A DNA stretch of 64,000 nucleotides from assembly GCA_973895155.1 (NCBI GenBank), contig OZ316898.1, forward strand, positions 17,040,752-17,104,751. Direction: 5' to 3'. How positions within the stretch are numbered: position 1 is the first letter of the stretch; every line of letters begins with the position of its first letter. Positions 36,394 to 48,700 of the stretch are shown in pieces. Source of the stretch: Marsupella aquatica. Its lineage: Eukaryota > Plantae > Marchantiophyta. Under the pieces are notes generated by a model. That model was given only the letters and a program-made list of their open reading frames with translations, had not been told where the DNA came from and did no database searches. The translations under genes were made by a program, and so were the position numbers.

Positions 36394-38053
36394 TTCCCTA
36401 TAATTTGTACTCAAAGTTGATTTAAAGAGACCTTATCAAACATTGCATTGATACACGAGTTTTGGAAGTGAGACCTTTGAGTTTGTTTTCTAGCCATATT
36501 TCCATCATCTTAAGTCCATTTGGGCTTAGAATATATTGTTGAGCAAAGAAAACATTCACAACGGTAAGCCCATGATCATCCAATGCAAAAGTAGTCGACA
36601 CAGAGAAATATGTAGTTCACCTCAGCTGAGGCTACATCCATGGGAACACACAAGAATTTTATTGCACTCTAGACCCATTGACCATACTGAGTCTCCATAA
36701 TACAAGATCTCTCTATGTCTCAACTGGCTTTGTAACAATGGGCCTGAGTTCTTGCTATCCAAGGAAATACCACTTGGGGATATAGTGTGCAGCATGACTA
36801 ACCTAACCAAGTATGCAACTAAGGTTAGCCCTAATTTTGGTCACAACCATAACTCTAGACCTAAAGTAAATGCCTAACAAACTCTCCCGTGACTCTGGTC
36901 TAGGAGAGGGTGATACTACTACCCTACATGATTTCTCAGCCAAAAGTTCTAGACAAAACCAAACTGGTTTCCCCTCTCTAACTAGAACATACCAAAATTA
37001 AGCCAAGAATTAAGCCATATAGCTTAATACAACGAATGTTAAGAATAATCCTACTTGTGATGCAATTGCAAAACCTGCAACACGTCATGGCGTCTAGAAG
37101 CAAAACATTTTATTTTTACTTGAAGCCCAACAATCAGACCAACTTCTATTATCTATTAAGCATATGCCAAGCATAGTATCTTGTGAATAGTATACTATTG
37201 GGGAAGGAAAGTATCTACTAAGCAGAATTTAATTTATTTTCCTTGTCCCACTGGTTTTGCAATAGATGCTTACAACCTTTGATGTTGATAACTTTCAATG
37301 TAAACTATATATTTTTGACTAACTTTTGCCTCAATTTCCCATGTGCCCGACTTGTGGCTTCTTCTTCCACTCTCCTCCTAGCATCCCCAACCACCCAACT
37401 CTTTGATTCTCTTTCAACTAAAGTTTAATTAAATCTACCTCCCTTCTCCACTTATCGGTCCAATGCCTTTGTTCTCTTCCACTGTCCTCCCCAACTTCAG
37501 TCTCTTCCCCCCATTCACCACCTCTTTCCCAATACAAAAGGCCAAGGCAGTGTGTTTGAAAATTGGAAATTTTGGCCCCCATGACCAAAAAGTCATTTGG
37601 ACTCAAAAACAAAAATAAAATTGTAACCACAATACAAGGTGTTGCATGTGTTTGAGCTGGACCATGCATCCTATCATCTTTCACAGAACATGAACTGCAC
37701 TAGGGGAGCATGTATAATTAAACTAAAGTTTTTCACTACTAGATAATGAGCACAACATTTGTTCTCATCCATAGAATGTATCAACGGCCTTTGCAGCGAT
37801 GGAGAATAATGGAGGAAGGTTACGGAGGAGTGCAACCGGGTCTTGCAGACTACTACACAAACTTGACTTTTGAGGAAGACATGGTTATGAACGCCAATGT
37901 AAGGAAGAGGTGAGCCTGGACAGTGATGTGAGATTCAATCAAATCTCACAACATGACATTGATCAAAGTTTACCATACAAAGATAGAGAAAGACCAATCT
38001 TCTGCTACCTGCATCACCTTGCAAGCAAAGTTTTGTCAAATTCTTTGATGTAA

Positions 38054-38718
38054 GGCCCAAGTTCCATTGGGGCAAGTGCAAGACTCCAATGAGTAGGAGG
38101 GTGCGAGGGTCGTTGAGCAGCTTGGCATGAGCCCAAGTGAAATGCCCCTGGTGCAGATCTTGGTGGTAGTAGCAAATTTTCAAATGAGAACTTTGAGGAC
38201 TGAAATGGAGAAAGGTTCCATGCGGGGTTCCATGTGAACAACAATTGGACAGGGCAGACCGCCAACAACTTACAAAAGCGTAGACCCATAGGCCTAGCCC
38301 TCAAAGATATCATTTTCCTAAAGTTACGGATCTGTTTTGCCAACTTCCCTTACTTACATTGTTCTATCAACTAGAGGCTGTTCATCTTGGACCCGATCAT
38401 GTGGTTATGAGTACAACCAGGCATGATCAGAAATTGCTCCTCCAGATTTTCACGGGCCGCCAGGGGTGCACTTGACACTGCAAGACTTTCAGTGCTTTAC
38501 CACACGCTGGACCCTATCTCCGGGTAATCCAATTTCAAGGTAGGCAGGATGTTAGGAAGAAAAGATAACTCTTCCATGGGCCTCTCTATTTTAGCCACTT
38601 TGCAGTCAGCTGCCACATCCTGGTTTGAGAATATTAACCCAATCCCCTTTCAATGCATGGCGCACATTGTGCCCTTAGTTGATGCAAGATTGCCCCATCT
38701 CTTAGGATCAACCATCCA
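38054..38718. pseudogene. Decayed 25S/26S rRNA fragment with internal inversion (+ 38054-38254; - 38255-38718)
   Basis: + strand has GGTGCAGATCTTGGTGGTAGTAGCAAAT.TTCAAATGAGAACTTTGA. The reverse segment has AAGTTACGGATC, AGAAAAGATAACTCTTCC and CTCTTAGGATC, all conserved LSU rRNA stretches. Many CG>TG/CA changes. Confidence 0.88.
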
Positions 38719-39249
38719 GAATGGAAGAAGCTCTGTCACTTTAAATGAAGTACAAATGTGTCTTTATGACTCATAATGTGTCTTGACTCAAAATGCTATT
38801 TGATTGAATGATGGTGGAGATTGTGCTTTGCCCGGTGCTTTGGGATTGGTTGACACATATGAGTTGCCAACAAACCCACAATCTTGAGATTGTCAGGAAC
38901 AAATTTTCCGACCATTTAGGAGTAGTCTATCTGAGACTATATGGAAGTAGGTCAGAATTCATTGCTTAGCTTGAGTGGATAGCAATGTAAGGAAAAATAC
39001 ACCTGAAACATAACCTCTATGCAAACAAGGCCAAAGTAGAATGCTATATGTGTCATGCTATGACTTGAAGGGACACTTGTGGAAGGTTTGCAAATTTCAA
39101 GCACTAATGACCCTTAGCTAAACATGAATACCCGAATAAGTTAGATAGAGAGTGTGAAGAGGACTTAGAATTTGAAAGAGGGAGAAGTAGCAATAGTTGT
39201 CTATAGGCTATACAATCAAGTTTGTTGGTTCAACAAAGGAAACTTTGAA

Positions 39250-39545
39250 AGGAATCCATGGCTTCACTTTGGAAGTTTTCCAAAACTAAAGTGCATAAGT
39301 AAGAGTAGTACGGGTGGAGAGACATTGAAGGTTCATGATGTTGTGCAAGAAGCTACATTGCAGATTTTTTCCTGGAAAATGGTACAGATTAGGATGGGGT
39401 TGCCATTGACGTATACCAGGTCTACCACAGTGTTGGCTTCAGGCTGACCTTACTATGATGCATAATGGCTGAAGGACTCTAGCTAATGTGGTGGTAGCCA
39501 ACCTCAATGTCAAGATATTGCTGGCACAACATCATCCTTGGGGAA
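39250..39545 (+). pseudogene. Old decayed fragment of an RLE-type LINE endonuclease region
   Basis: GGETLKVHDVVQEA and ADLTM...RTLANVVVAN parallel GGKTIFVHDAVRDA and VDLTM...TLADVVVTN of the element at 40132. Confidence 0.6.
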
Positions 39546-40131
39546 AACTACAAAAAAACAATAGAAAATATGTGTAATCCAAGATATGTTCATGCTATTT
39601 TGATCAAAGTTTTATAACTGAAGAGCGCAACGATGTTTATAACACACAAAAAATAATGTTCTTTTATTGTATGTCTTTTGTAAAGTAGAATAGGTCAATT
39701 AAGATTCAAAATGTGAATGTCTTAAGAATATTCTTGTCAACAAGTATTTTAATTAGGCTAGGGTCAATCAGAATATCCTTCCAAATCAGTTAACCCCCCA
39801 AGACATCATCGCAAGTAGGGAATCGTCTTTTAGAATCAAGACATATTTGTAAATGTTAAAACTGGAACTCATTTTGATGGAGTTTTAAGCTAGGAGGACG
39901 GAATCCCCATCCTAAGCTTTTAAAGCTAAGATAGTATCCTAACATTCTCTCTGTGTGAGAGTAAAGCTAAATTGTGACTCTAGATTTATTGCCATCTTAC
40001 TCAAAACACACATGTCAGAGATCCCATGCAAGCTGAAGAATGTTATTGCCATGGAGATCTTGCCCAAATCTTATGACCCATTCTTGATGAGTTGACGGGG
40101 AAACTCATTTGACCCAAAAGTAATGTCAACT

Positions 40132-41333
40132 TTCGTCTCTCATGGAGGTAGAGGAGGGTTCCCTCCCATTTCAGGTTCATTTGCGCACAACGCGGTCATC
40201 ATTACCAGATCCCGTCCAAGTTGCGTTACCTTCATTTCAGGAGTTTTTATCCTTGGACCCCGTCCGTCTTCAAGCAGACCTTGCTGGGCGCATGCACACT
40301 TTCATCCTCTCTAGCATCCTCACCGAGGCACCTGACATGGACCGATCTCGGATTCTTTCTTCCGGAGGGAAGGGCGCAGGAGGATGGCTTCAGGGCAATC
40401 CAGTCATTCCTCATCTACGGATGTCTTCTGCGGAGTTCTTGATAGCCATGTGTCTTCGTATGGGGCTGCCCCACCCACTTCTTGCTGGTTTACCTCCTTC
40501 TTGCACTTGAAGCCTTGTGATGCCACAGGTGTCCATCTTCTTCGGTGCAGTTTGGGCGGCAAAACCATTTTTGTTCACGATGCTGTGAGAGATGCAACTG
40601 CTCAGGTTCTCTCTGGCTCTTTGGTCAACGTGTGGCGGGAGGTGGTGCTCGAGTTACCTGGTCCTCCATCACAGCGGTTACGGGTGGATCTTACCATGGT
40701 CCGTGAGGGTTAACGTACTTTGGCAGATGTAGTAGTGACAAACCCATTGCGCCAAGACATCATTGGGTCAGCGGCAACAACGGCAGGGGCAGCGGCATCA
40801 CAAGCGGCAACAACGAAGGAGGCCAAATATGCTGCCCGAGCTTCATCTGATACCTTCCTCCCCCTTGCCCTTGAGATATTTGGGCATCTCCACCATCAAT
40901 TCGACGGGCTTCTTCGACAAGCTGCTCGGGATGTTCATGGTTGGATGGGTCCCACCGGACCCCCACTATCTGTTTTGACCACGCACTTTTGCCAACACAT
41001 CTCAGTCACCTTACAACGTGCTCAAGCTCGGGCCATCCATCGTCGATCTCTGACAGTGGGTGCTAGTGTGCCTCCGCAGCGGCTAGCCCCCCTAGAGGAC
41101 ATTCCAGTCCCACTTGCCGATTTAGTTTCGACACTTGATGTGGACCATTAGCTATTAGCCCCATTAGCTAGGAATGATAAAGGACCTGGGTCCATTTGCG
41201 GTCATTTTAGTTCCCCTTTCTTGGTTCTTAAAGGTTCCTTTTGATCTTGGGTTTGCCCACTTGGGATCTCGTTTGTTTATTCTTTTGTACTCTGTTTGGC
41301 CTTTTTTTTATAAAGTTTGTGTATATTCACACG
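40132..41333 (+). mobile_element. 5'-truncated non-LTR retrotransposon with CCHC finger and restriction-like endonuclease (CRE/NeSL-like), disrupted
   Basis: AGGWL, CLRMGLPHP, HLLRC, HDAVRD, RVDL, ADVVVTNP, KEAKY and FLPLALEIFG. Frame breaks at ~40508 and 40711. 12-bp TSD GTAATGTCAACT at 40120-40131 and 41334-41345. Confidence 0.88.
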
Positions 41334-42732
41334 GTAATGTCAACTCCTCGAAAAGTATAGGCCTTTCTCACATAGATGCATTTGGACCAGTGTTTCGACA
41401 TGAAGACAAGTGTTTGTTTCGTAGGAGAAGAGACCAAATTCCACGAAAAGAAGAAGAGAGCCCCCACAAAAACCCCAAAACCAGAATCAAAGAAAGGAAC
41501 AAACGAAAAGTGTCTCGTTGTTCGCCATTGTGAAGTGCACGACAGCATCACAAGTGCACAACGGCACAACTTTTCAAAGTGCCCAACAGCACAACTTTTT
41601 CACTGAGTTTCAGTCAAGATGCCAGCAACGAATCCGAGGTTGACCAAGATTGAAGCCATTCTGAAGTACCTCGTCAGTCCAGAGAGGTTTGGGTCAGTCA
41701 GTCAGCTAGCAAGCTAGCTAGGCAGCTGCAGCAGCAGCAGCAGCAGCACTGGAGAACACGAAACATGGAAGTCGTCACTCGTGATTCTGGTGTACAACCT
41801 CTGCAAACGAAGTGGGAAAGAAAGGCACCGAAATTTCAAAAGCAGCTCGCTTGATTCTGGACTCTCGAGACCGTGGTGGAGCAGAAAACTCTGGGCTCCT
41901 CCTCCTTCTCCTCGTCCTGCACTGTGGGAAGCCAACAAGCTAGGTGCAATCATTGTTTGTGAACCCAACAACAGCTTCTCGTTATGCTCGAGGCTTGACC
42001 GTTGTGTCGTTTGGTAAGGATGGAAGTACCTACCGACTACCTCACCACCAAACTTTATTATACTGCAATCTTGCCGTCAGTCTATTGCCATGTGCGATAA
42101 TAGTAGTGGTCAACCCAAACATTCGGAAGTTGGCAGTCTGCGAGGACAACAAGTGGGAACGAGCTCTGATTTTGGGATTCCTTTGAGGAGGTGAAAGGGA
42201 GGAGGACCTAAGAAGTAAGCTACATTCAAAACCTACGTGCCCAGCGAGGTGGGCTGGGCTGGGCTGAGCCGAGGGTGGGCTTGGGGGGGTTTCTCCCGAA
42301 ACTCACCTGAGGAATTGAATGGAAGAGAGCTTGGATTGGGCATGGCGGATCCACAGTGTTCCCCTTCGCCAAAATCCTGTTCCAGCTGCTCCAGCCCAAA
42401 GGATGGCCTTTCCCAGCTCGTAAGCCGTCCTAAGGGGTTATTTGTGCTGTTCCTGTCGAAATCATATTCATGACTGAGCTTCAGGTACTAATTAAAAGAG
42501 CCCGCACAATAAGCTGGTCAATAAGAGGGTCTGTAATGGTCAGATGCTTGGCCTGACGTCGTCACTGAGCCGGTTCTGGGAAATACCAAACGATAACTCC
42601 TAAAAATTGACTTCGGAGCGTGGCAAACGAGGACGGTGAGGATATCCTTGAAACCCGATAGGGAGGGTGGTCATCCTGGAGCGCGAAGAACGAATTTGAA
42701 TTTTGTACTGGGTCTCTCTCTCTCTCTCTCCG

Positions 42733-45700
42733 ATGGGAGAAGTGAGGCCCCACAGCAGCAGCATGGGGGCTCTCAGGGAGCTGAGCAGTTTACTGGCAGC
42801 GAACGCAGAGCTGAGAGAAGAAAAAGTGCCAATGTTGGCAAGTCTCTGTCCCTCTCCGGAGGTGTTGAAGCAGAGCATAAGCAGTCCCAAAATCACAGGA
42901 AGGAACTTGAATGGGGTCCTGGCAATCGCGCAATTTCTGGCCCAATCGGATGGCGACAGTCAGCATCGAGAGCAGCTGTTTGCGATCGTTTTAGATTTCA
43001 TACGGTCAATCCCCAGTTTTGCGAAAGGCACCTTTTGGCCCTCGTCCTTCGGCCCAGAAGCTGCAAAAGAATTTTTCCCAGAATTGCTGGGCTATGTGGC
43101 GAGAATTGCTACCTTAGACTCGGGACTTTCCCTCGAGGTTAGTGCTACCATTGCGGAGCTGTTTCGAAGAATAAGCGCTGGGGGTTTAGGGAACGTAGAA
43201 AATCTGCTGGCTAACTCAAACGGAGTCAAGGCTTTCTTCTCAGCTTTGGGGTTGAATTGTCCCTTTCTACATTTGCAGGATGCTGAGCAAGTAATTCTCT
43301 GTTTGGCGGAACATTGGATCCAGGCTTCTTTTCTGGACTTTGGGGGCCAGGAAAAGGGTAACTGTGACGGAGGAGTAGCTGCATCACCATCGTCTTCCAG
43401 TACGTCAGGAGCAGGTTCATCTCCTTTGCTGAGAAGTCAGCAGCAGGGCACAACTTCCACTAATGGAAAACAACGCAATTCTTTTAGGGATGTGAAGGCA
43501 ATGAAGGAAGCAGAGGTTGTTGAAATTCAGAAAGGAAAAGTGGAGAGTTTGAAATTCAGTTTTGCGAGCCCTGACTCCACTGCTTACTCCAGTAGTCCAG
43601 AATTCTCCCCATTCTCAACTCCTGCGGAGATGAGTGGAGAGCTGACTCCACTGTCGAAATCTGGCCAGCTGACAGACACCCGTGTAGCAGAAGACGCTAT
43701 TTTTGATCAATTGCAATCAATGCCCTCTTCGCATTCTACCTACCGGGGAACACCGGGATTTAAGATGCATCAAATAAGGTTTCAAAAAGAATCGATCATT
43801 TCTCTCGAAAGACAAGAGATTGCCTATCGCTTGCTGGCGCGGATTCTGGAAAAGCCTGATTCAGGTAGTACTTTGAGAAATCTACATGTCCAGCAACTTA
43901 GGGTTTATGCCAGCAAGCAGCTCAGGAGTCTTCTTCCCATTCTTAAGGCAGGTTTTCTGGCATTTTCATCCTGGTCCTGGTTTCCAGCTCCATATCACTG
44001 CTTGCGGATTGCTCTTCTTGAAGAAATTAAGTGATTGCAGATATGTTGATTTCGTGTGTCTGTTCCTACAATCTCTACAAGTTCAAGATTGTCTTATTGC
44101 TTCTGAGATGTTGTTGACCATCGTGTGTGTCGAAGGCTGAAAAAGAATCCTCGAACTGAAGTTGAAGTAGACAATTCCATTTTCCTAATGCAACTACTAC
44201 AAAGTTTAGCATTGCTTAATTTGAAAGCTCTTTAAAACGAGTTTATTCGTGTTATGACAGATTCGTAAAAACGACTGGCCCAGTGATGTGGTAGACCTCA
44301 AAACTAAACTCAGCAAGATGATCCAGGTTTCTCAAGCAGCAACTATACTTCAGATCAAGTGCCTTCAGTCATTAGAGTCTGACCCAAAACTGTTGAAAGT
44401 TTCCCTTCGAGAGACGATTCCTCTCTTCATGGATGCTGCTGATGCTTGTAATTTATCCCCTTGGAGAAGGTCCAAGCCTTGCGAAGGTCTTTTTGATAGT
44501 TTGGTCACAGGGGTGGCGAAAGTTGCTGCAGTGAATTTGGGCCAATTGCAAAGAGTTCTTCTAAGATTCAAGACAATTGTGCGAATAGCTTGTGCACAAG
44601 TGAGATGCCATCCAGTCTTCGTTTGCGTTGTTCGTCGTTTTATCTCAATACTTTTATACTTTCATCTGATGTGTGGATTTTTTTTAAAGAAATGCCATCT
44701 TTCCTCAAAAGTCATAAACTCTTCTGCTTTGAACTTGGATCACGGGTAGGCAAATGCTTGGGGGACAACTCCGGGGCCTTTCTTTGAAAGTATCATCAAA
44801 GGAATCTGTACGTTGATTGACGCTGGATGGACATCAGAAAAGGGAGCGATAGAGTCGTTCCTTCTTGCGTTGGCATCTTATGTCCGAGACAAGGAAAAGG
44901 TATCGCCTTTTTGTTTTGACTTTGTGAGGTATGTAGTCATGTCCAATCATTTGTCAAACAATGGAGGTAAAATAGAAGATTCTGTCCAGAAGCATCAGAG
45001 GAACTGAGGTTTAATATTATTGCTACGATCAATACTTATGGTTGTCAGGTTGTGGGCATTGCTATTAGTGGCTTTTAGGGTTGGGACTCAGAACCTTAAA
45101 GCAACTCGAACATATGCTCTGACTTGGACAGTTGTTGGGTAATTGGTCAAGATGCATAACTGGCTGGCTCAAGCGTAAAAGATCAATCAAACTGTTTTCT
45201 CCCAGCAATGAACAATGTAATGTCTCCTGCGAATCTCACGACTTTGACGTATGTATAATTTTGGGCAGGAGGACAGAGCCAAAGCACACATACATGTAAT
45301 GAAGTTAAATCTTGTCTCCTTTCTTGCCGACTTATCCTTGTCACTCGACAAGTCTGACGTTGTGGAGCTCATATTACCCCTCTTCGTTGAGAGCCTAGAG
45401 GAGGGAGAGGCCTCTGTGCCAAACCTGTTGCGGCTGAAGGTTAGCAAATCTTTGTAGTATACTGCTTGATGTGACCTTGCAGTAAAAATGTAGGTTCTAG
45501 CTGTGAGACTGCCAAGTGAAGCGTCTGGGCGTCAGATGGAGGACTGAGTTTTAGTTCTCTTCTTTGTGGCTTCGAATGTTGCAACTACTTGAAGCAGTGG
45601 GGCGGATGGCATGTTTGGGAAGTGAGAAATCTTACAGAGAGGTGGTTGTTTTATTGACAAGTTCTCTTCTTTTTGGCTTCGAATGTTGCAGCTACTTGAA

Positions 45701-48700
45701 GCAGTGGGGCGGATGGCATGTTTGGGAAGTGAGAAATCTTACAGAGAGGTGGTTGTTTTATTGACAAGAAGCTACCTCGACAAGCTTTCTATTGTTGTTA
45801 TATCCAACCACAGTCGGACATTACCTGCAGAAGCTATTACAGAACGACACGAGGTATAAACCTGATCCAGCATATATTTTCGTTTACTTACGAGATACAA
45901 AAATCATGGTTATACATCATAAGAGACGTGTTTTATGTATATGGTCTAATGGAAACTGATGTTTTCCCCAATTTTTTCTGAGCTGGCTGTCACTTCACAC
46001 AGAAATGGAAACACAGTTTACTTTGAATCTTCGTTAAGAACATTTTTCTTATCTGAGTGATTGCTTTGGTTCTTTGAAGACCTTGCCAGGTGCATTTCTG
46101 CAAATTGCTCGCGGACTCCGCCAAACTGCTTTGAGAGTTGATTATCGGCGACGTTTGTTGGCACTTTGTTCTGATGTGGGTCTGATTGCAGAGACCCAAA
46201 ACGGCAGGTCTACAGAATTCTCCTTTCAGTCACCTTGTTCTTAGTGACGTTAGATATAGGTTGTCGATTTTTTCCAATTGTTGTGCCAGTTTTCTGTAGA
46301 CGAGGCAATTTGTTTCTTTTACGAAAGCTCTCTCTTGAAGCAGTCCTAGGGAGGTTCGTTTTCTGTTGTGCTAAAGTTTTTATTCTTGGTTTGAATTCAG
46401 GTTTGGGGCTGACATGCTTGGGCCTCTCCTACCTTCCGTTGCTGAGATGTGTGTGGATTTTCATCCCACGGTGGAGGTGGAACCATCTTTGCTGAAGCAG
46501 TACCGTAATCTTTGGTTCTATATTTCTCTCTTTGGGCTGGCTCCTCCTCTGCCGAAAGGACAATTTTTAACATCCAAGTCTGGAAATCAGGGAGGAATAT
46601 TGAGTCATCTTAGTTCAGGATTGAGCCAAGCAATAAGCGGGGGGCTTCCCTCAGGAGCGAGCTCGGGGTTGACTAGTGGCTCAATGCCACTTCTCACAAA
46701 TGCCGGACCTTATGCGTGGAACCCACAGTGGGCAACAGCCGTTGAACAGATAGCTGAAGGAACTCCTCCGCTGGTAAGCGTCAGAGCTTGGCCTTCTGAC
46801 CTGGTCAAGGTCTTTTGAATGGATAGATTCAGCCCAGCAATAATCATACAACAATTTGCGTGGCATGGATTTATTACTCCTCAAAGCCTGGATAATAGCA
46901 GGAATGCCTCCGCTTAAACTCTCCGCCTTTGGTGTCTGTCATTTGCATTCCAGGTTGTTGCGTCTCTGAAATGGCTAGAAGATGAATTGGAGCTGAGTGT
47001 TCTCCACAAACCAGGGAGTCGCAGGGGACATGGAAATGAGAAAGACGTGACAGCCCAAAGAGCAGCTTTGTCAGCTGCACTAGGAGCTCGAGTAGACACC
47101 TCATCAATTTCAGGTAGTCAAGAGATTTCGGAACCGTGAAATGAGGCTTTCCCAAAGTTTTGGTGGATGATGACTGCTGAACCTTTTAGACTGAAGCCAC
47201 TCATTTTGGGACTTGTTTTGTAAAGTTGAACCGAATTTATTTTGTAAGGATCTTAAGGTGGAAATCAAGAACACCGATAATGGGATTGATGTGAAAGAAA
47301 TCCCCCCGGAAAAATGTTCTGTGTGTTGAATGACACTGAGTTGGGATAGCCAAGTGACTACGTTGGGTCCATACTTAAGGAAGGTTTGAAAGCCATCTAA
47401 ACTAATTGAGAAGATCGATATTGAGAGATACACTTCATTCGATGTAATTATTTTGCTTTTAGATTGTCGTATAGATCAGGGGCTGTTGTCCATTTTGAAA
47501 GGTTTTCTTGGTATACTTGCCAGATTTTCTAAACAAAGAGTTTGCCTCTTTATTCTTTTAACATATCTTTGGTGTGATGGGCCGGACCAGGTGTGACTGC
47601 CACGTATCTTATGGCCGTTGCGTATTTGGAAGTGTTGCGGTTCAAAAGGTCTGGAGGTGTAATAAGTAGTCCTTTCAAGGCGGAGTATACAAGTGCCCTG
47701 TGTTTTGCCTTCAAGTATCTAGAGACTCCTAGTTTGTCAGCTTCGATTCAACAGTGCCTCGTGGCTATTGTCCACCAAGCCTTCAGCACTACCATGTTGT
47801 GGCTGGTCTGTCCCTCATTCATGCCACTATCTGGGATTCAAATGGTTTTATTTATTCCTCTCTAAAAGCAAGTGGCCTTGGAAAAACACATTTATTTCCT
47901 CAATTCATTCAATTTTGTTTTGGTGCATAGGATTGATTATTACCAGTTTTTTCAAAGCTCTGGTAGCGGTGTTTCAGTGTCTGTCGGACGCATCGAAATG
48001 GGCCTGAGTCTTCTAAATCTTGCCATATCTTCTAAAGAAATTTGCACCCTGCTGCTCATTTCAGTAGACAGGTGACAAGTCAGATCTTCTCCGAACCTGT
48101 AGTCTTGACCCTAGCAATGTATATACCTGCAGGGAGACAGGGGTACAATTACTGGGGATGAAGCTAAGCAGAGGGATGCTGTGATTACGGCTCATGCTTG
48201 CTTCTTAATAAGAACTGGGGCTCATCGGGAAGAGTCTATGCGAGAACTTGCGGATGGCATGCTCACTCGGCTGAGGAGCACCTTTCCTCAGGTATGAACC
48301 CTGCTTTGCAGCAACATCTCATGTATTTAAAGGAAAAGGTTTAGGTTTCCCTTTCAAAATCCTGCTCAGGGAACCTCGATTTGGTGTTTTACAGGTGCTT
48401 TGGAATTCCAATTGTTTAGAGGCCTTACTGTCCTTGGTAGCGGAAAGTCCTTCTCCGGCACAACTTCCTGATGCTGGAGCACACGCTTTACGGTCAATTT
48501 CACATCAAAAAGTTCGTGATTGGATATCTCAGGCACTGTCACTAGTGCCTTGTACCATGCAAGGTCTTCTCCAGGTAACATTGACTTTCTGACATTTGCA
48601 GTACGTAGCGTCTTCCTTCAAAGTGACAAGCATCCCTATTAGCTGCCAGATGGAGGAGCTCCCTGTCGCGAATTCAAAAGTATTGAATTTCTCATCCATG

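Noticed and set aside
38054-38718. Functional rRNA gene or twin-primed retrocopy
   Set aside because: It is short, mutated and rearranged, and the inversion geometry does not match twin priming.
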